The notes under the pieces are model-generated. The model was not told the DNA's origin. It searched no databases and saw only the letters and a program-made list of their open reading frames with translations. Position numbers and translations under genes: made by a program. From Candidatus Bathyarchaeota archaeon (lineage in GTDB: Archaea; Thermoproteota; Bathyarchaeia; Bathyarchaeales; Bathycorpusculaceae), in NCBI GenBank assembly GCA_963772455.1, contig CAVYXJ010000007.1:352001-416000 (forward strand): a stretch of 64,000 nucleotides of DNA, in the 5' to 3' direction. Shown here one piece after another: positions 1 through 10,352 of this stretch. Positions within the stretch are counted from its first letter, which is position 1; each line of letters opens with the position of its first letter.

Positions 1-13
1 GAGTTTAAGAAGG

Positions 14-439
14 ATGTGTTTTGTGAGCACCGATAAGGAAAAACTAAATCAGCTTTTGGTTAAAGTTGATGCAATTGCTGTTTCCGTAAATAGGATTTCT
101 GATGAATTGCGTTCTATTTCTGCTTCTTTAAAGTCTCTTGCGGTTGGACAAATAATTCAGCCATCACATCAAACGCCAACCCCCGCGCCTTCAGTACCTT
201 TGCCTCCAGCTCATGAAACATCAAAACTTAGATCACTTGATGATATCCGCATGTCCTTCCCAGAAGAACTCGAATCTAGATTGGGCTTTGAAGAGAAAGG
301 CGACTTCATAATTATCAAACCCAAGGCTTTTCTGGGGACAAACTTTGCAAAAATCGCTTCCGCCGTGAAGGGTATGGGCGGCGAGTATATCAGTGCCGGA
401 AAAGATTCACATTTCAGGGTGCCCAAGCATAAAACTTAA
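14..439 (+). CDS. Conserved hypothetical protein (coiled coil, Pro-rich linker, small C-terminal domain)
   Basis: 141-aa ORF with N-terminal heptad helix, PTPAPSVPLPP linker and compact C-terminal domain ending GGEYISAGKDSHFRVP; start may be GTG at 23. Confidence 0.7.
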   Translation: MCFVSTDKEKLNQLLVKVDAIAVSVNRISDELRSISASLKSLAVGQIIQPSHQTPTPAPSVPLPPAHETSKLRSLDDIRMSFPEELESRLGFEEKGDFIIIKPKAFLGTNFAKIASAVKGMGGEYISAGKDSHFRVPKHKT

Positions 440-444
440 CAAAG

Positions 445-717
445 TTAAAGTGCTTTAAAAGTCGAAAATTCGCCCTTAAAAGGTCCGTAACTAACTTCCA
501 GATTATTTACTTTTGCAGATGGAGGACCCTGGCGACAATAGTTGACGAGCGTTTTCACCGCGTGTTCTTCACCTTCAAAAACCGCTTCAACACGTCCATC
601 CATCAGATTACGCACCCAACCGTTAACGCCTAAAATTTGCGCCTCCTGCAGAGTGCTCTGCCGAAAGTAAACGCCTTGAACTCGCCCAGAAACCAATATA
701 TGTCCTCTAATTTTCAT
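445..717 (-). CDS. acyP: Acylphosphatase
   Basis: VSGRVQGVYFR and GWVRNLMDGRVEAVFEG signatures, 90 aa. Confidence 0.95.
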   Translation of the reverse strand: MKIRGHILVSGRVQGVYFRQSTLQEAQILGVNGWVRNLMDGRVEAVFEGEEHAVKTLVNYCRQGPPSAKVNNLEVSYGPFKGEFSTFKAL

Positions 718-790
718 ATAGATTCTTCGAATTAGAAAAGAAGTTGAGATTTAAAAATATGAGTTTAATAATAAAGAAAAATGGTGTTGT

Positions 791-1249
791 TTACCATGGA
801 TCGATTTTTTCGCCCACAGTATACAAGAAAAGGCTTGCTGAAGGTGGACCTAACCACTTGAATGTGTTGACTAAATCCTTGATTGCAAGCGCATAGTTGT
901 TTGATTTATCGAGGCTGTCGAGATACTTTTGAAATGACCCGTACCGTTTTTCGATTGCTATGAAATTTTGGGCATTCTGTACGATTGCTTTTATCTTGCC
1001 TTTGTTTCTGACAATTCCTGTATCCTTTAAGAGACGCTGAACGTCTGAATCTGTAAAGCATGCAATTTCTTTGATATCAAAATTTGCAAAAGCTTTCTTT
1101 GTGGTTGCCCATTTACCGTCAATTACTTGCCAGTTTAAGCCTGCCTGAAAAATTACTCGGCACATGTTTTCAAAGTAGGCAATGTCGTTTGCCGGTCTTT
1201 CATTTTGGCACCACCAGTCAGGCATATGCCATGTTTCGTGTTCTTGCAT
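791..1249 (-). CDS. tag: DNA-3-methyladenine glycosylase I family protein
   Basis: FQAGLNW, AFANFD, GIVRNKGKIKAIVQNA motifs of the Tag family. Confidence 0.85.
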   Translation of the reverse strand: MQEHETWHMPDWWCQNERPANDIAYFENMCRVIFQAGLNWQVIDGKWATTKKAFANFDIKEIACFTDSDVQRLLKDTGIVRNKGKIKAIVQNAQNFIAIEKRYGSFQKYLDSLDKSNNYALAIKDLVNTFKWLGPPSASLFLYTVGEKIDPW

Positions 1250-1265
1250 AAAATTCAGACCTAAG

Positions 1266-1691
1266 CTACTTCCATTCCCAGATTGTAATGTTCATTTCCA
1301 TCCACATTGGGTCAGCGGATTCAAAAGTAACCAGAGCAACTGTATCATTTAGCCAGCCTAGTTTCTCGGACATAGTCATAAAACTCCATAAACCCACGCT
1401 TGTTGGATTCTTGCCAGGGACCATTTTCATTAAATCATAGCCCTTTATTGTGCCCATATCGCCTGTCATAGTCACCATCATACCTAGATCAGTCGATACA
1501 GCCAAACCCTTTGGAGGAGTCAAACTCATGCCTGTAACGTTTAAATTGCAATCTATGCCCTTTGCTTTCCCCATGCCTTTCATCTGAGCTGTCCAAGTAT
1601 ACTTCGAAGTTACGCCGTTCATATCTATTGATTTTATGAAGCTTGCTCCACTTTTACCCTTGCCTTCCCAAAGTTTTTCTCCAATCGCCAT
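1266..1691 (-). CDS. Hypothetical Met/Gly-rich beta-strand protein
   Basis: 141-aa ORF with upstream GAGGTGA SD; alternating beta pattern; no family recognised with certainty. Confidence 0.65.
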   Translation of the reverse strand: MAIGEKLWEGKGKSGASFIKSIDMNGVTSKYTWTAQMKGMGKAKGIDCNLNVTGMSLTPPKGLAVSTDLGMMVTMTGDMGTIKGYDLMKMVPGKNPTSVGLWSFMTMSEKLGWLNDTVALVTFESADPMWMEMNITIWEWK

Positions 1692-1868
1692 TCTATTCTC
1701 ACCTCTATTATTGAAAGGGGCTCTTGTTTGCGATTTAAACAGTTGTTGTTGGGTTTAGACAGCAACAATTCTTACTTAACATGTGTTCACTTTCATTGAA
1801 CTCTCCTCTGATGCAAAACGTCGTTTCCAGGCTTATTTTAAAAGAGATTTTGATAATATGAAGTTTAG

Positions 1869-2216
1869 TTGATTAGCATGTTTAAGGAAAATTTTGGGAA
1901 ACTGATGGTTTATGCCTCAACCGGTGTTTCAAGAGGGAAACGGTTAGAATCAGTCAGAACAGCTACAAAAGAAACTGCTAAACGTTTGAATTTGGATTTT
2001 GAGATGGTTCGGCTCGACAGGGCATCTTCGCCTATCTACGTTTATTATGAAGAAAATGATGGTGATGAACCTATACCGCTGTATTGTGATGAAGGAAAAA
2101 TTTCAGGTTTGGAAGAAATTAGTGGCAAACTCAGAAATATGATGTTCGTTTTATCTTTTCATCCGAACCATTCAGTTCTGAAAGAAATGAGAAGTGAACT
2201 TCTCAAACTTTCCTAA
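1869..2216 (+). CDS. Hypothetical protein
   Basis: 115-aa ORF with normal composition filling the gap; no recognised motif. Confidence 0.65.
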   Translation: MISMFKENFGKLMVYASTGVSRGKRLESVRTATKETAKRLNLDFEMVRLDRASSPIYVYYEENDGDEPIPLYCDEGKISGLEEISGKLRNMMFVLSFHPNHSVLKEMRSELLKLS

Positions 2217-2526
2217 AACGGATGGCTTGATTCTCGAGGGCAACTTCGTAAACCTGATTTACATCGAAGGTTATGCCCAAATTGTCGTATTCTTGTTCAG
2301 TTAGGAACAGAATTATTTTCGGTGTGGCCATCTGAGTGCGTTGAGGCAAAAATGGCATTTGTGTTTGAAGCGCTTGCATGATGTCCTGCGCCATTTTGGC
2401 TTCGTCTGATTGAGGTCTTACTATGTAAGGGTTAACTTCTCGTTCTTCGAGGAGTTCAATTCTTTTTCCAAGGTTACCGTCTACGTCTCGGTTGGATTCA
2501 ATTTTGTTAACTCTAACACGGAACAT
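2203..2526 (-). CDS. Arcadin-1-like protein
   Basis: RIELLEERE...PKIILFLTEQEY...DVNQVYEVALEN pattern recalls Pyrobaculum arcadin-1 (recognised from memory). Confidence 0.7.
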   Translation of the reverse strand: MFRVRVNKIESNRDVDGNLGKRIELLEEREVNPYIVRPQSDEAKMAQDIMQALQTQMPFLPQRTQMATPKIILFLTEQEYDNLGITFDVNQVYEVALENQAIRFRKV

Positions 2527-2611
2527 GTTATTTTCACTCTCACTAATGGAATTAAGTAGTCACAGATTTAATACTTTATGCCACCATTCACAGGAAATAT
2601 TTTTATTGAAC

Positions 2612-3208
2612 TTAGGCTTTCTCCGTTGAAGAATCTGGTTTATTTTCTTTCTTAAGCTCCCCAATTCGTTTATCGAGCAGCTTCAGTCGTTCCTGCATTG
2701 CTTTTACAGTTTCACGTATATGTTTTCTTTCATGTTCTAATTTTTGGAGGCTTCGACTAGCGCTAACCTCCTCATCAAGAAAAGCAGAAAAAGGAGATGG
2801 AATAGTTGGCATTGAACCATCAGCTTCAACTTCAACATTGAGGACGTCACGAGAAAATTCCCGAAAAAGTACGCCGATGTTATTGAAAATTTCTGTCTGC
2901 TTAACGATTGCATGTCTGAGTATTAGTTCTCCAGATTGGGTGATTTTGTATATTTTTAATCTGCGGTTTTTCTGGGTTTGCCAATGGCCTTTGATATATC
3001 CTGATTTTTCTAAGTCACGCAAGATGGGGTAAACGCCACCTGCTGTAGGTTGCCAAAAGCCCTTGGTGCGGCTATTTATTTCTTTCATAATCTCATAGCC
3101 ATGAGAAGGTTTTTTGTTGAGAAGTATAAGCACGCCCATACGGATGTAGCCTTTTTGGGCTTCTTTCATCCAGTTTGCTGTAGTCTTGTCTTCGGTTTCT
3201 GATGCCAT
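2612..3208 (-). CDS. PadR-family transcriptional regulator
   Basis: HGYEIMKEI, GGVYPILRDLEKSGYI, KIYKITQSG; C-terminal coiled coil; divergent from an ABC exporter. Confidence 0.9.
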   Translation of the reverse strand: MASETEDKTTANWMKEAQKGYIRMGVLILLNKKPSHGYEIMKEINSRTKGFWQPTAGGVYPILRDLEKSGYIKGHWQTQKNRRLKIYKITQSGELILRHAIVKQTEIFNNIGVLFREFSRDVLNVEVEADGSMPTIPSPFSAFLDEEVSASRSLQKLEHERKHIRETVKAMQERLKLLDKRIGELKKENKPDSSTEKA

Positions 3209-3300
3209 CTTGTTTCAAAACTATAATGTATATGGGTAATACTTATATTTTACCGCTATATATTGCACTGAATAATATTCCAACTGATGTGGTAACAAAA

Positions 3301-4320
3301 ATGGCAAATGAATCCATAATCGAAGTTGACCATCTAACAAAGATGTTCAAAAAGTTCACGGCAGTAGATGACATATCATTTGATGTCAAAAAAGGCGAAA
3401 TTTTCGGGTTGTTGGGACCCAACGGAGCAGGAAAGAGCACCACTCTACGTATGCTCTCTACTCTGTCAAGACCCACAAAGGGAACTGCAACAATCGGCGG
3501 GTACGACACAGTAAAAAACGACATGGAAGTACGCAAGCTAATCGGCATTGTTTCTGAAAAAATGATTATCTATAATCGCTTGACCGCTAAAGAAAACCTC
3601 TCATTTTTCGGTAGCCTCTTCAACATTCCAAAAGATACATTGAATAAAAGAATAGATGATTTACTTGAATTAGTTCAACTTACAAAATGGAAAAACGCAC
3701 AAGTTGGTACGTTTTCTACTGGTATGCGTCAAAGAATGAATGTAGTTCGCGCCTTGCTTAACATGCCTCAAGTCCTATTTCTTGATGAGCCAACTTTAGG
3801 GTTGGATCCTCAGTCTTCAGTTGAAATTAGGGATTTCATAAAAAAACTCAATCAGGATCAAGGAACCACAGTTATTATAACTACACACATGATGATTGAT
3901 GCTGATTTGTTATGTGACCGTATAGCCATAGTGGACCATGGAAAAATCATAGCATTAGACACTTCAACTAACCTTAAGAAGATAATTTCAGGTGGAGACA
4001 CCATGATTATAAAACTTGAAATCGCAAATCTAACCCCCGACATGTTAGCCGCCATTAAAACACTCAAATGCGCGGACGCGGTAACTCAAGAAAACTCTAC
4101 GACACTACACCTTATTGTTCATGGCGAAGAAGCTTTTGACAATATTATCGATGCAGTTAGAGAAAAAAATGGAAAAATCACTTCTATGCAAAACTTGCAG
4201 CCTTCCCTTGAAGATGTATTCTTGCACATTACCGGACATGAAGTTAGAGATAGCGCAGACCAAAAAATCAAGCAGGAACATGGTCCAAGGTTTGGTGTAT
4301 CTCCAAGGAGAGTAAGGTGA
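3301..4320 (+). CDS. ABC exporter ATP-binding subunit (DrrA-like)
   Basis: Walker A GPNGAGKST, signature FSTGMRQR, Walker B LFLDEPT; likely start ATG 3301 (ORF track extends to 3202). Confidence 0.95.
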   Translation: MANESIIEVDHLTKMFKKFTAVDDISFDVKKGEIFGLLGPNGAGKSTTLRMLSTLSRPTKGTATIGGYDTVKNDMEVRKLIGIVSEKMIIYNRLTAKENLSFFGSLFNIPKDTLNKRIDDLLELVQLTKWKNAQVGTFSTGMRQRMNVVRALLNMPQVLFLDEPTLGLDPQSSVEIRDFIKKLNQDQGTTVIITTHMMIDADLLCDRIAIVDHGKIIALDTSTNLKKIISGGDTMIIKLEIANLTPDMLAAIKTLKCADAVTQENSTTLHLIVHGEEAFDNIIDAVREKNGKITSMQNLQPSLEDVFLHITGHEVRDSADQKIKQEHGPRFGVSPRRVR

Positions 4321-5498
4321 TAAATATGACCGCAAAAACAATTCTTCAACACAGTTATAGAATCGCCAAAAAAGACTTAACAGAATTGTTCCGTAACAGA
4401 CTCGGGTTAGTGCTTCTAATCGTTATGCCATTGTTCATGATGGTTATGGTTGGCTTCATCTATCCATCTAACGGTACTATAACCGACTTGAAAGTTGGAA
4501 TGGTAAACGAGGACTCAGGCTTCAACGGCGTATATACGCCAAGCCAAGGCTTCATCACAGGTCTAAATGCAATAAACAACCAAACCCACCTGCTAATAAT
4601 AACAGACGTAAACAGCATGGCAGACCTCAAAGATAGGGTTCAGAGAGGAGAACTGGCAGGTGGCATAGATATTCCAAGCAACTTTAGTCAAAGCGTCATA
4701 AATGGACAGCAAGGTACAATAATCATAGTCAGCGACGAATCCAACCCGCAAATCTCAGCCACAATACAAGGCGCACTTAGGGGTGTATTCGACGCAATGG
4801 GAACTGCCTTAGCTCAACAAAACCTTAACACGACAAACATAGCTGTTATCAAACCCTTTAATGTGCAAACTCAAGGTGTAGTTTCTGGTCACCCGAGCTA
4901 CTTTGACTTCATTGCTCCAGGTATAATGGCTATGACTGTAATGATGAGTGTAATGACTGGACTACCAGTTGCTATTTCGCAGGAGAAAGAAGTTGGAACA
5001 ATGGATGGCATGATGGTTGCTCCAGTTAACAGGTTATCGATTCTACTGGGTAAAACTATAGCTCAAACTGGCAGAGGCTTAATCCAAGGTGTCATAATCC
5101 TAGCGTTAGCTATAGGCATATTCGGAGTCGCCATACAAGGCAGCATCCTACTTGTATTTGCCCTTTTGTTGCTAGGCGTATTTAGCTTCGTTGGCTTAGG
5201 AATAGTCATAACATCCTTCACTAAAGACCAAGAGACCGCACAGATGATGATGATGACACTAATGTTCCCAATGATGTTCCTTAGCGGAGTATTCTTCCCC
5301 ATACAGCAAATGCCATGGTATATGCAAGACATCTCAAAGTTACTACCTTTAACTTATGCTTCAGATGCTCTACGAAAAGTCATGGTGTTAGGTGCAGGCA
5401 TATCGCAGATATCTACAGAACTAATAATACTCGTAGCGTTCGGTGTAGTTATGATTGCAATTGCATTGCCAGTGTTTCGAAGAATGATGACAAGGTAG
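4317..5498 (+). CDS. ABC-2 type exporter permease
   Basis: One N-terminal TM, extracellular loop, five C-terminal TMs; EKEVGT and FLSGVFFPI motifs; overlaps the ATPase stop. Confidence 0.93.
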   Translation: MINMTAKTILQHSYRIAKKDLTELFRNRLGLVLLIVMPLFMMVMVGFIYPSNGTITDLKVGMVNEDSGFNGVYTPSQGFITGLNAINNQTHLLIITDVNSMADLKDRVQRGELAGGIDIPSNFSQSVINGQQGTIIIVSDESNPQISATIQGALRGVFDAMGTALAQQNLNTTNIAVIKPFNVQTQGVVSGHPSYFDFIAPGIMAMTVMMSVMTGLPVAISQEKEVGTMDGMMVAPVNRLSILLGKTIAQTGRGLIQGVIILALAIGIFGVAIQGSILLVFALLLLGVFSFVGLGIVITSFTKDQETAQMMMMTLMFPMMFLSGVFFPIQQMPWYMQDISKLLPLTYASDALRKVMVLGAGISQISTELIILVAFGVVMIAIALPVFRRMMTR

Positions 5499-5507
5499 GA
5501 ATGGAAC

Positions 5508-5663
5508 ATGAGCACCCTCTGTTCCAAGTGTCCTTTCTTTCAACTTGCCCCACTTTTGAGACGTAAGAACGCGCGTAAACGATGCCGCATTGAACCACAA
5601 AGGCAACTTCGAATCTACGAATGCAAAGATTACCCTGAAAAAAAGGGGCTCTTCAGAAAATAG
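5508..5663 (+). CDS. Small 4-Cys protein (51 aa), below the ORF-track cutoff
   Basis: Hand translation MSTLCSKCPFFQLAPLLRRKNARKRCRIEPQRQLRIYECKDYPEKKGLFRK*; C-x2-C-x17-C-x12-C; starts 9 nt after the permease stop. Confidence 0.55.
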   Translation: MSTLCSKCPFFQLAPLLRRKNARKRCRIEPQRQLRIYECKDYPEKKGLFRK

Positions 5664-5832
5664 TTTCTTTTATCATTTGCCAATTAAACCTTTGATACTT
5701 TTTGCAAGAGTTCTTGTTTTGACTTTCCATATATTTTGAGACATCATCTAAAAAGATGCAATTTCAGGGTGATCTTCCCCGTTACGGTTTTATATACAGA
5801 TGTAGGCATAAGGATGGAAGAAGAGAATCCCC

Positions 5833-7275
5833 ATGTCCGATATTGGAATAACAGTTAAGAAAAATGAAGATTTTTCAGAGTGGTATGTACAAGTTGTTTT
5901 AAAAGCCGAACTTGCGGATTATGCGCCAGTTAAAGGTTGTATGATAATCCGACCAGATGCCTATTCGGTTTGGGAGAAAATTCAAGAAATTGTTAACCAA
6001 AAAATCAAGGCTACAGGACACAGCAACGTTTACTTCCCAATGTTTATTCCTGAAAGTTTCCTTAAAAAGGAAGCTGAGCACTTTGAAGGATTCACTCCAG
6101 AAGTCGCTTGGATTACACAAGGAGGAGAAACAACATTAGAAGAAAAACTGGCGGTTCGTCCCACCAGCGAAACCATAATGTACGCAATGTTTAGCAAGTG
6201 GATTCGTAGCTGGAGAGATTTACCTCTGAAAATTAACCAATGGTGCAACATTGTTAGATGGGAAACGAAGGCGACGAAATTGTTTTTGCGGACGCGCGAG
6301 TTTCTGTGGCAAGAAGGCCACACCGCACATGCAACTAGCCAAGAAGCCGAAGCCGAAGTAATGTACGCACTTAGCGAGTACAAGGATATAATGGAAAATT
6401 ACTTGGCTATTCCTGTAGTCGTCGGTACTAAGAGTGACAGCGAAAAATTTGCTGGTGCCCTCTATACCACAGCTCTCGAATCAATCATGCCTGATGGAAA
6501 AGCCCTACAAATGGGAACCAGCCATAATCTTGGACAACATTTTGCTAAGGTTTTCGATGTCAAATTTATAGGTGAAGACAAGCAGGATCACTTCGTTTGG
6601 CAGACTAGCTGGGGCATCACAACACGACTTATTGGTGCTATGATTATGATTCATGGTGATGACAAGGGTCTAGTTATGCCCCCTAAAGTTGCTCCAACTC
6701 AAGTTGTTATTGTTCCAATTCCCTTCAAAGGCTTGGAAGCTGAAGCTATAGCAACAAAAACTAAGGAAATTGCAGCATTACTCAAAGCCAAAGGTGTCAG
6801 CGTTATTTTAGATGACCGTAACGAGTACACTCCTGGATGGAAATTTCACCAGTGGGAACTCAAAGGAATTCCAATCCGTATAGAACTTGGACCAAGGGAC
6901 CTTAAACAACAACAAGTTGTTATGGTGCGTCGTGATACTGGTCAGAAAACCCCTGTTAAAGAAGTCGACATTCCTTTAACTGTAGAGAAACTTTTGATGG
7001 AAATACAGGACAACATGCTTGCAAAAGCCAAAGCAATCTTGCAAGAGAAAACCAGTTCAGCTCAAAGCTATGAGGAATTCAAGAAGATTCTAAATGAAAA
7101 GGGCGGTTTCATAAAGGCGGCATGGTGCGGAAGTCCTGATTGCGAAGCAAAAGTAAAGGACGAAACAGGTGCCACTATTCGCATTCGACCTTTCCAGATA
7201 GAGCAGCCTATCACAAACTGTATAGTTTGTGAAGAGACTGCTAAAGAGACAGCGTATTTCGCACGATCATATTAG
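5833..7275 (+). CDS. proS: Proline--tRNA ligase (archaeal/eukaryotic type)
   Basis: VRPTSET, FLRTREFLWQEGHT, ALQMGTSHNLGQ, C-terminal Zn domain ending FARSY. Confidence 0.98.
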   Translation: MSDIGITVKKNEDFSEWYVQVVLKAELADYAPVKGCMIIRPDAYSVWEKIQEIVNQKIKATGHSNVYFPMFIPESFLKKEAEHFEGFTPEVAWITQGGETTLEEKLAVRPTSETIMYAMFSKWIRSWRDLPLKINQWCNIVRWETKATKLFLRTREFLWQEGHTAHATSQEAEAEVMYALSEYKDIMENYLAIPVVVGTKSDSEKFAGALYTTALESIMPDGKALQMGTSHNLGQHFAKVFDVKFIGEDKQDHFVWQTSWGITTRLIGAMIMIHGDDKGLVMPPKVAPTQVVIVPIPFKGLEAEAIATKTKEIAALLKAKGVSVILDDRNEYTPGWKFHQWELKGIPIRIELGPRDLKQQQVVMVRRDTGQKTPVKEVDIPLTVEKLLMEIQDNMLAKAKAILQEKTSSAQSYEEFKKILNEKGGFIKAAWCGSPDCEAKVKDETGATIRIRPFQIEQPITNCIVCEETAKETAYFARSY

Positions 7276-7291
7276 AATCGCGGCTCTTAGC

Positions 7292-9105
7292 TCATGGAAG
7301 CTGACTTGCGACGTCAGCCAATCCCAACTTTTCTAGAGTTTCTTTTGTTGGAATCCCGTTTTTGTTCCAACCTCGCTTTTGATAGTAAATATCGAGCATT
7401 GTGTAGTATTTTTCTAATTCAAGCACTGACCCTTTCAATGGACCTTCTGTTAAGGGTTCTTTAAACCAACGCATTGGCGGTATATCTAAGTCGCGGCTCC
7501 ACTTACTTCCATATTCTCTCACCCAGAAAGCGCGAATTAAGTTAAGTATTCGGTCGCCTATCTGGTTTAACTGCTCCATTGTGAAGTTCTGGCCTGTTGA
7601 TGCCTGAAGATATTTTTGGTACCATTCAAGTTCAAATCCCAGTGAACCTTGAGGGAAACGACAAACAGTTAAAGCCTCGAAAACTCCACCGCGTAGAAGT
7701 TGGGTTTGGATTAAGTGGTTAACCTTTTCTTCACCATATTTTTCCCTGCCTGTCTTTATTTCCCATGTGATGACCCAGGCGTCTTTGTGGTGAGCCCCAA
7801 TGGAGCTTGTACCGTAAGCTAAAGCCATGCCTGGTGTAGTGTGGCAGTCGTAAGCTGTGACTTCTAAGCCTTTAACATGCATCGCCCAAACATTCGAACC
7901 TTTATCTATGGTTGCAGAAGCGGAGCGAACTCCTTCTGCTAAAATAGCCCCCAAGCCACGTTTGTAAGCAATATCATTAATCAACAATTTAATCGCGTTA
8001 AAATCGCCCCATCTAATCTTCTCAGGGATTAACCCTTTTTCAGAGGCTTCCATAGCAAAACCTATCACACCACCAAGTGATATTGCGTCAAAACCAAACT
8101 CGTCCGCCAATCTGTTCAAAGTAGCGACTTGCTTTAATTCTCCCAAACCAATGTTTGAGCCTAACATAACTACGTTCTCATAGTCCAACTCTGAATCTTT
8201 TCCTTCGTTGTCTTTAACCACGTTTCCGCATGTCATATTACATTGTGGACATCCTCGGTTGGAAACCTTCAGTTTTTCCATAGTGAAGCCGTTTATTGCT
8301 TCAGCCTTATCGAAGACGCCTTGTCTATAATTGAAGGTGGGAAGACAACTGTTTTCTTGACACCATTCCACAGTTGACATTGTGCCTTGTCGTTTCCAAA
8401 AAGAGTAAAGAGGCTTAGTTAAAAGTTCCTTGTATCCGTCAACCGCGAGCTTCTTCATTTCTTGAGGGTATGCAAGGGAAATTTGTTTTGTGCCTTCGAC
8501 TACTATGGCTTTTAATTTTTTGGAACCCATGACAGCACCCATTCCTGGACGTCCTCCTGCACGTCCATTTTGGGAAACCACAGTGGCGAACTTGACAAGG
8601 TTCTCTCCCGCGGGACCGATTGAAATAATGCCTGCTAACTTGGAGTATTTTTTTCTCAATTGTTCTTCTACTTCAAAGGAACTTTTACCCCACAAATCCT
8701 TAGCATCCAAAAACTCCACGGTTTGATCTTTGACGTGAAGTATGACGGGTGAGGATGCTTTGCCCTCAATTACAATTGCGTCGTATCCAGCTTTGCGTAT
8801 GTTCACAGCTGCCCACGACCCAGATGTTGCCATCACCGTAACCACCGGTTAAGGGACTTTTTGATGCAATAACAAGTTTGCCACTGTTAGGCAATCCAAT
8901 GCCCGTTAGTGGTCCAGTGGCGAAAATTAGTTTGTTTTCAGGCGAAAGTGGATCAGTTCCTTGTTTTAAGGTGTCCCATAGAATTTTAATTGCAAAACCT
9001 CTGCCGCCCAAAAAATTCAAAGCTAAATCTTCATGGTACGGTTCAGGTTTGGCTTCGTTTTTTGTTAAGTTAACTTTTAGAAAAAAGCCATGTCCATCCT
9101 TGCAC
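7292..9105 (-). CDS. aor: Tungsten/molybdenum aldehyde:ferredoxin oxidoreductase family, split by two single-base frameshifts
   Basis: LGGRG, KSPLTG, IGPAGENLV, GRPGMGAVMGSKKLKA, GCPQCNMTC, MHVKGLE. Frame breaks near 9092 and 8823; GTG start at 9105 (MQGW..GFFLKVNLT). Confidence 0.88.
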
Positions 9106-9248
9106 TATTATTCACCAAAACTAATCAAGAATAAAATCAAATCAAAAATATTAATGTGCTGAGATTACTAATAATTTAAGAACTCTCCTCATGAATTACT
9201 TTTTGGCGCTAACTTTGGAAACAAAAAGAAAACAAAAGGGTTAGCTGC

Positions 9249-10184
9249 TTATTTGGCAGCTGCTTTTGCGAGTTTCTTGAGAATTTGGTCTTTAGCGATT
9301 GTGTATGCGATTGCGTAGTCAAATAGTCCTGATGGCTCGGCGGTTGCGCGTTTAATCATTTCTGTTTCTGTTTTGATTTTGAGTTTACCGATTGCTAGTG
9401 CACCGATGCCGTAGACGCCTGGTTTGAGTTCTTTACCATCGTCGTTTGGAGCTAAACCTTCAACTCCCAATGGTTTGATGGCGTTGATGTCTGCAACGAT
9501 TTTGCATGTTGAACTTGCATTTAGGTCTGCTGCTGAAAGAAGTTGGATTCCGCCTGCACCTGCAGAGAGAATGATTTCAGCACCTTTGATTGCATCAGCT
9601 GTTTGTTCAGGTTTTGTAACTTCGACAACTGTAACTCTTTGTGCACCGCATTCCTGGTTGATTTTGTAAGCGATTACTTGCCCCTTTGCAAGTGAGCGAC
9701 TTGTGATAGTTACGTTGGCTTTTTCTGCTGCGTAAATTCTTGCGGCTGTCTGCCCAACTGGACCTGTGCCAGCTAAAACTGCGACTTTTTTGCCTTCTAA
9801 AGATCCAAAGCCTTTCTCCATTGCGGCTCCGAAGGTTTTTGCTACTGCTGCTGCGGCTGTTGAGTATCCGCCTCTTGGGTCAACAATGATGCTGTTTCCC
9901 CATGGGGCTGATTTCATGGCTTTTTGTGTTGCTTCGACGACTTTTTCAACCATTTCGAAGTTGCTTCCGTTGATGAAGACTTTTGTGTGTTTTGCGCCTT
10001 CTGGTCCACGTGGGAACAAGAGGTCGAAGACGATTTTTGGGGCATCTTCAGCTGTTACATTTTCGTACTTGAAAATCATTGAGTCTGGGAAAGCGTCTAT
10101 TGCTACGAGCATGTCGAATGGACTGCAATACTTGTCTGTGTCTAAGAAAACGAAAACTGTTTTATAACTTGGTTGTTGTGCCAA
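9249..10184 (-). CDS. NAD(P)-dependent methylene-H4MPT/H4F dehydrogenase (MtdA/MtdB family)
   Basis: LDTDKYCSPFD, FPRGP, DPRGGYSTAAAAV, LAGTGPVG, ADINA, GIGALAIG motifs. Confidence 0.85.
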   Translation of the reverse strand: MAQQPSYKTVFVFLDTDKYCSPFDMLVAIDAFPDSMIFKYENVTAEDAPKIVFDLLFPRGPEGAKHTKVFINGSNFEMVEKVVEATQKAMKSAPWGNSIIVDPRGGYSTAAAAVAKTFGAAMEKGFGSLEGKKVAVLAGTGPVGQTAARIYAAEKANVTITSRSLAKGQVIAYKINQECGAQRVTVVEVTKPEQTADAIKGAEIILSAGAGGIQLLSAADLNASSTCKIVADINAIKPLGVEGLAPNDDGKELKPGVYGIGALAIGKLKIKTETEMIKRATAEPSGLFDYAIAYTIAKDQILKKLAKAAAK

Positions 10185-10352
10185 TTTTTTACACCTTAAC
10201 CTGTTTGTGAATACAGTTTAACGATTTAAGAATTATCCAAACCCTAAAAGAAGTCCTGAGTTATTCACTGGAAACTGGCAATATTTTAACCACAACTGTT
10301 TAATAATCAAGACTTAAGAAGTTTAACCATTGAAACCAAGGAAGCAGTCTAA

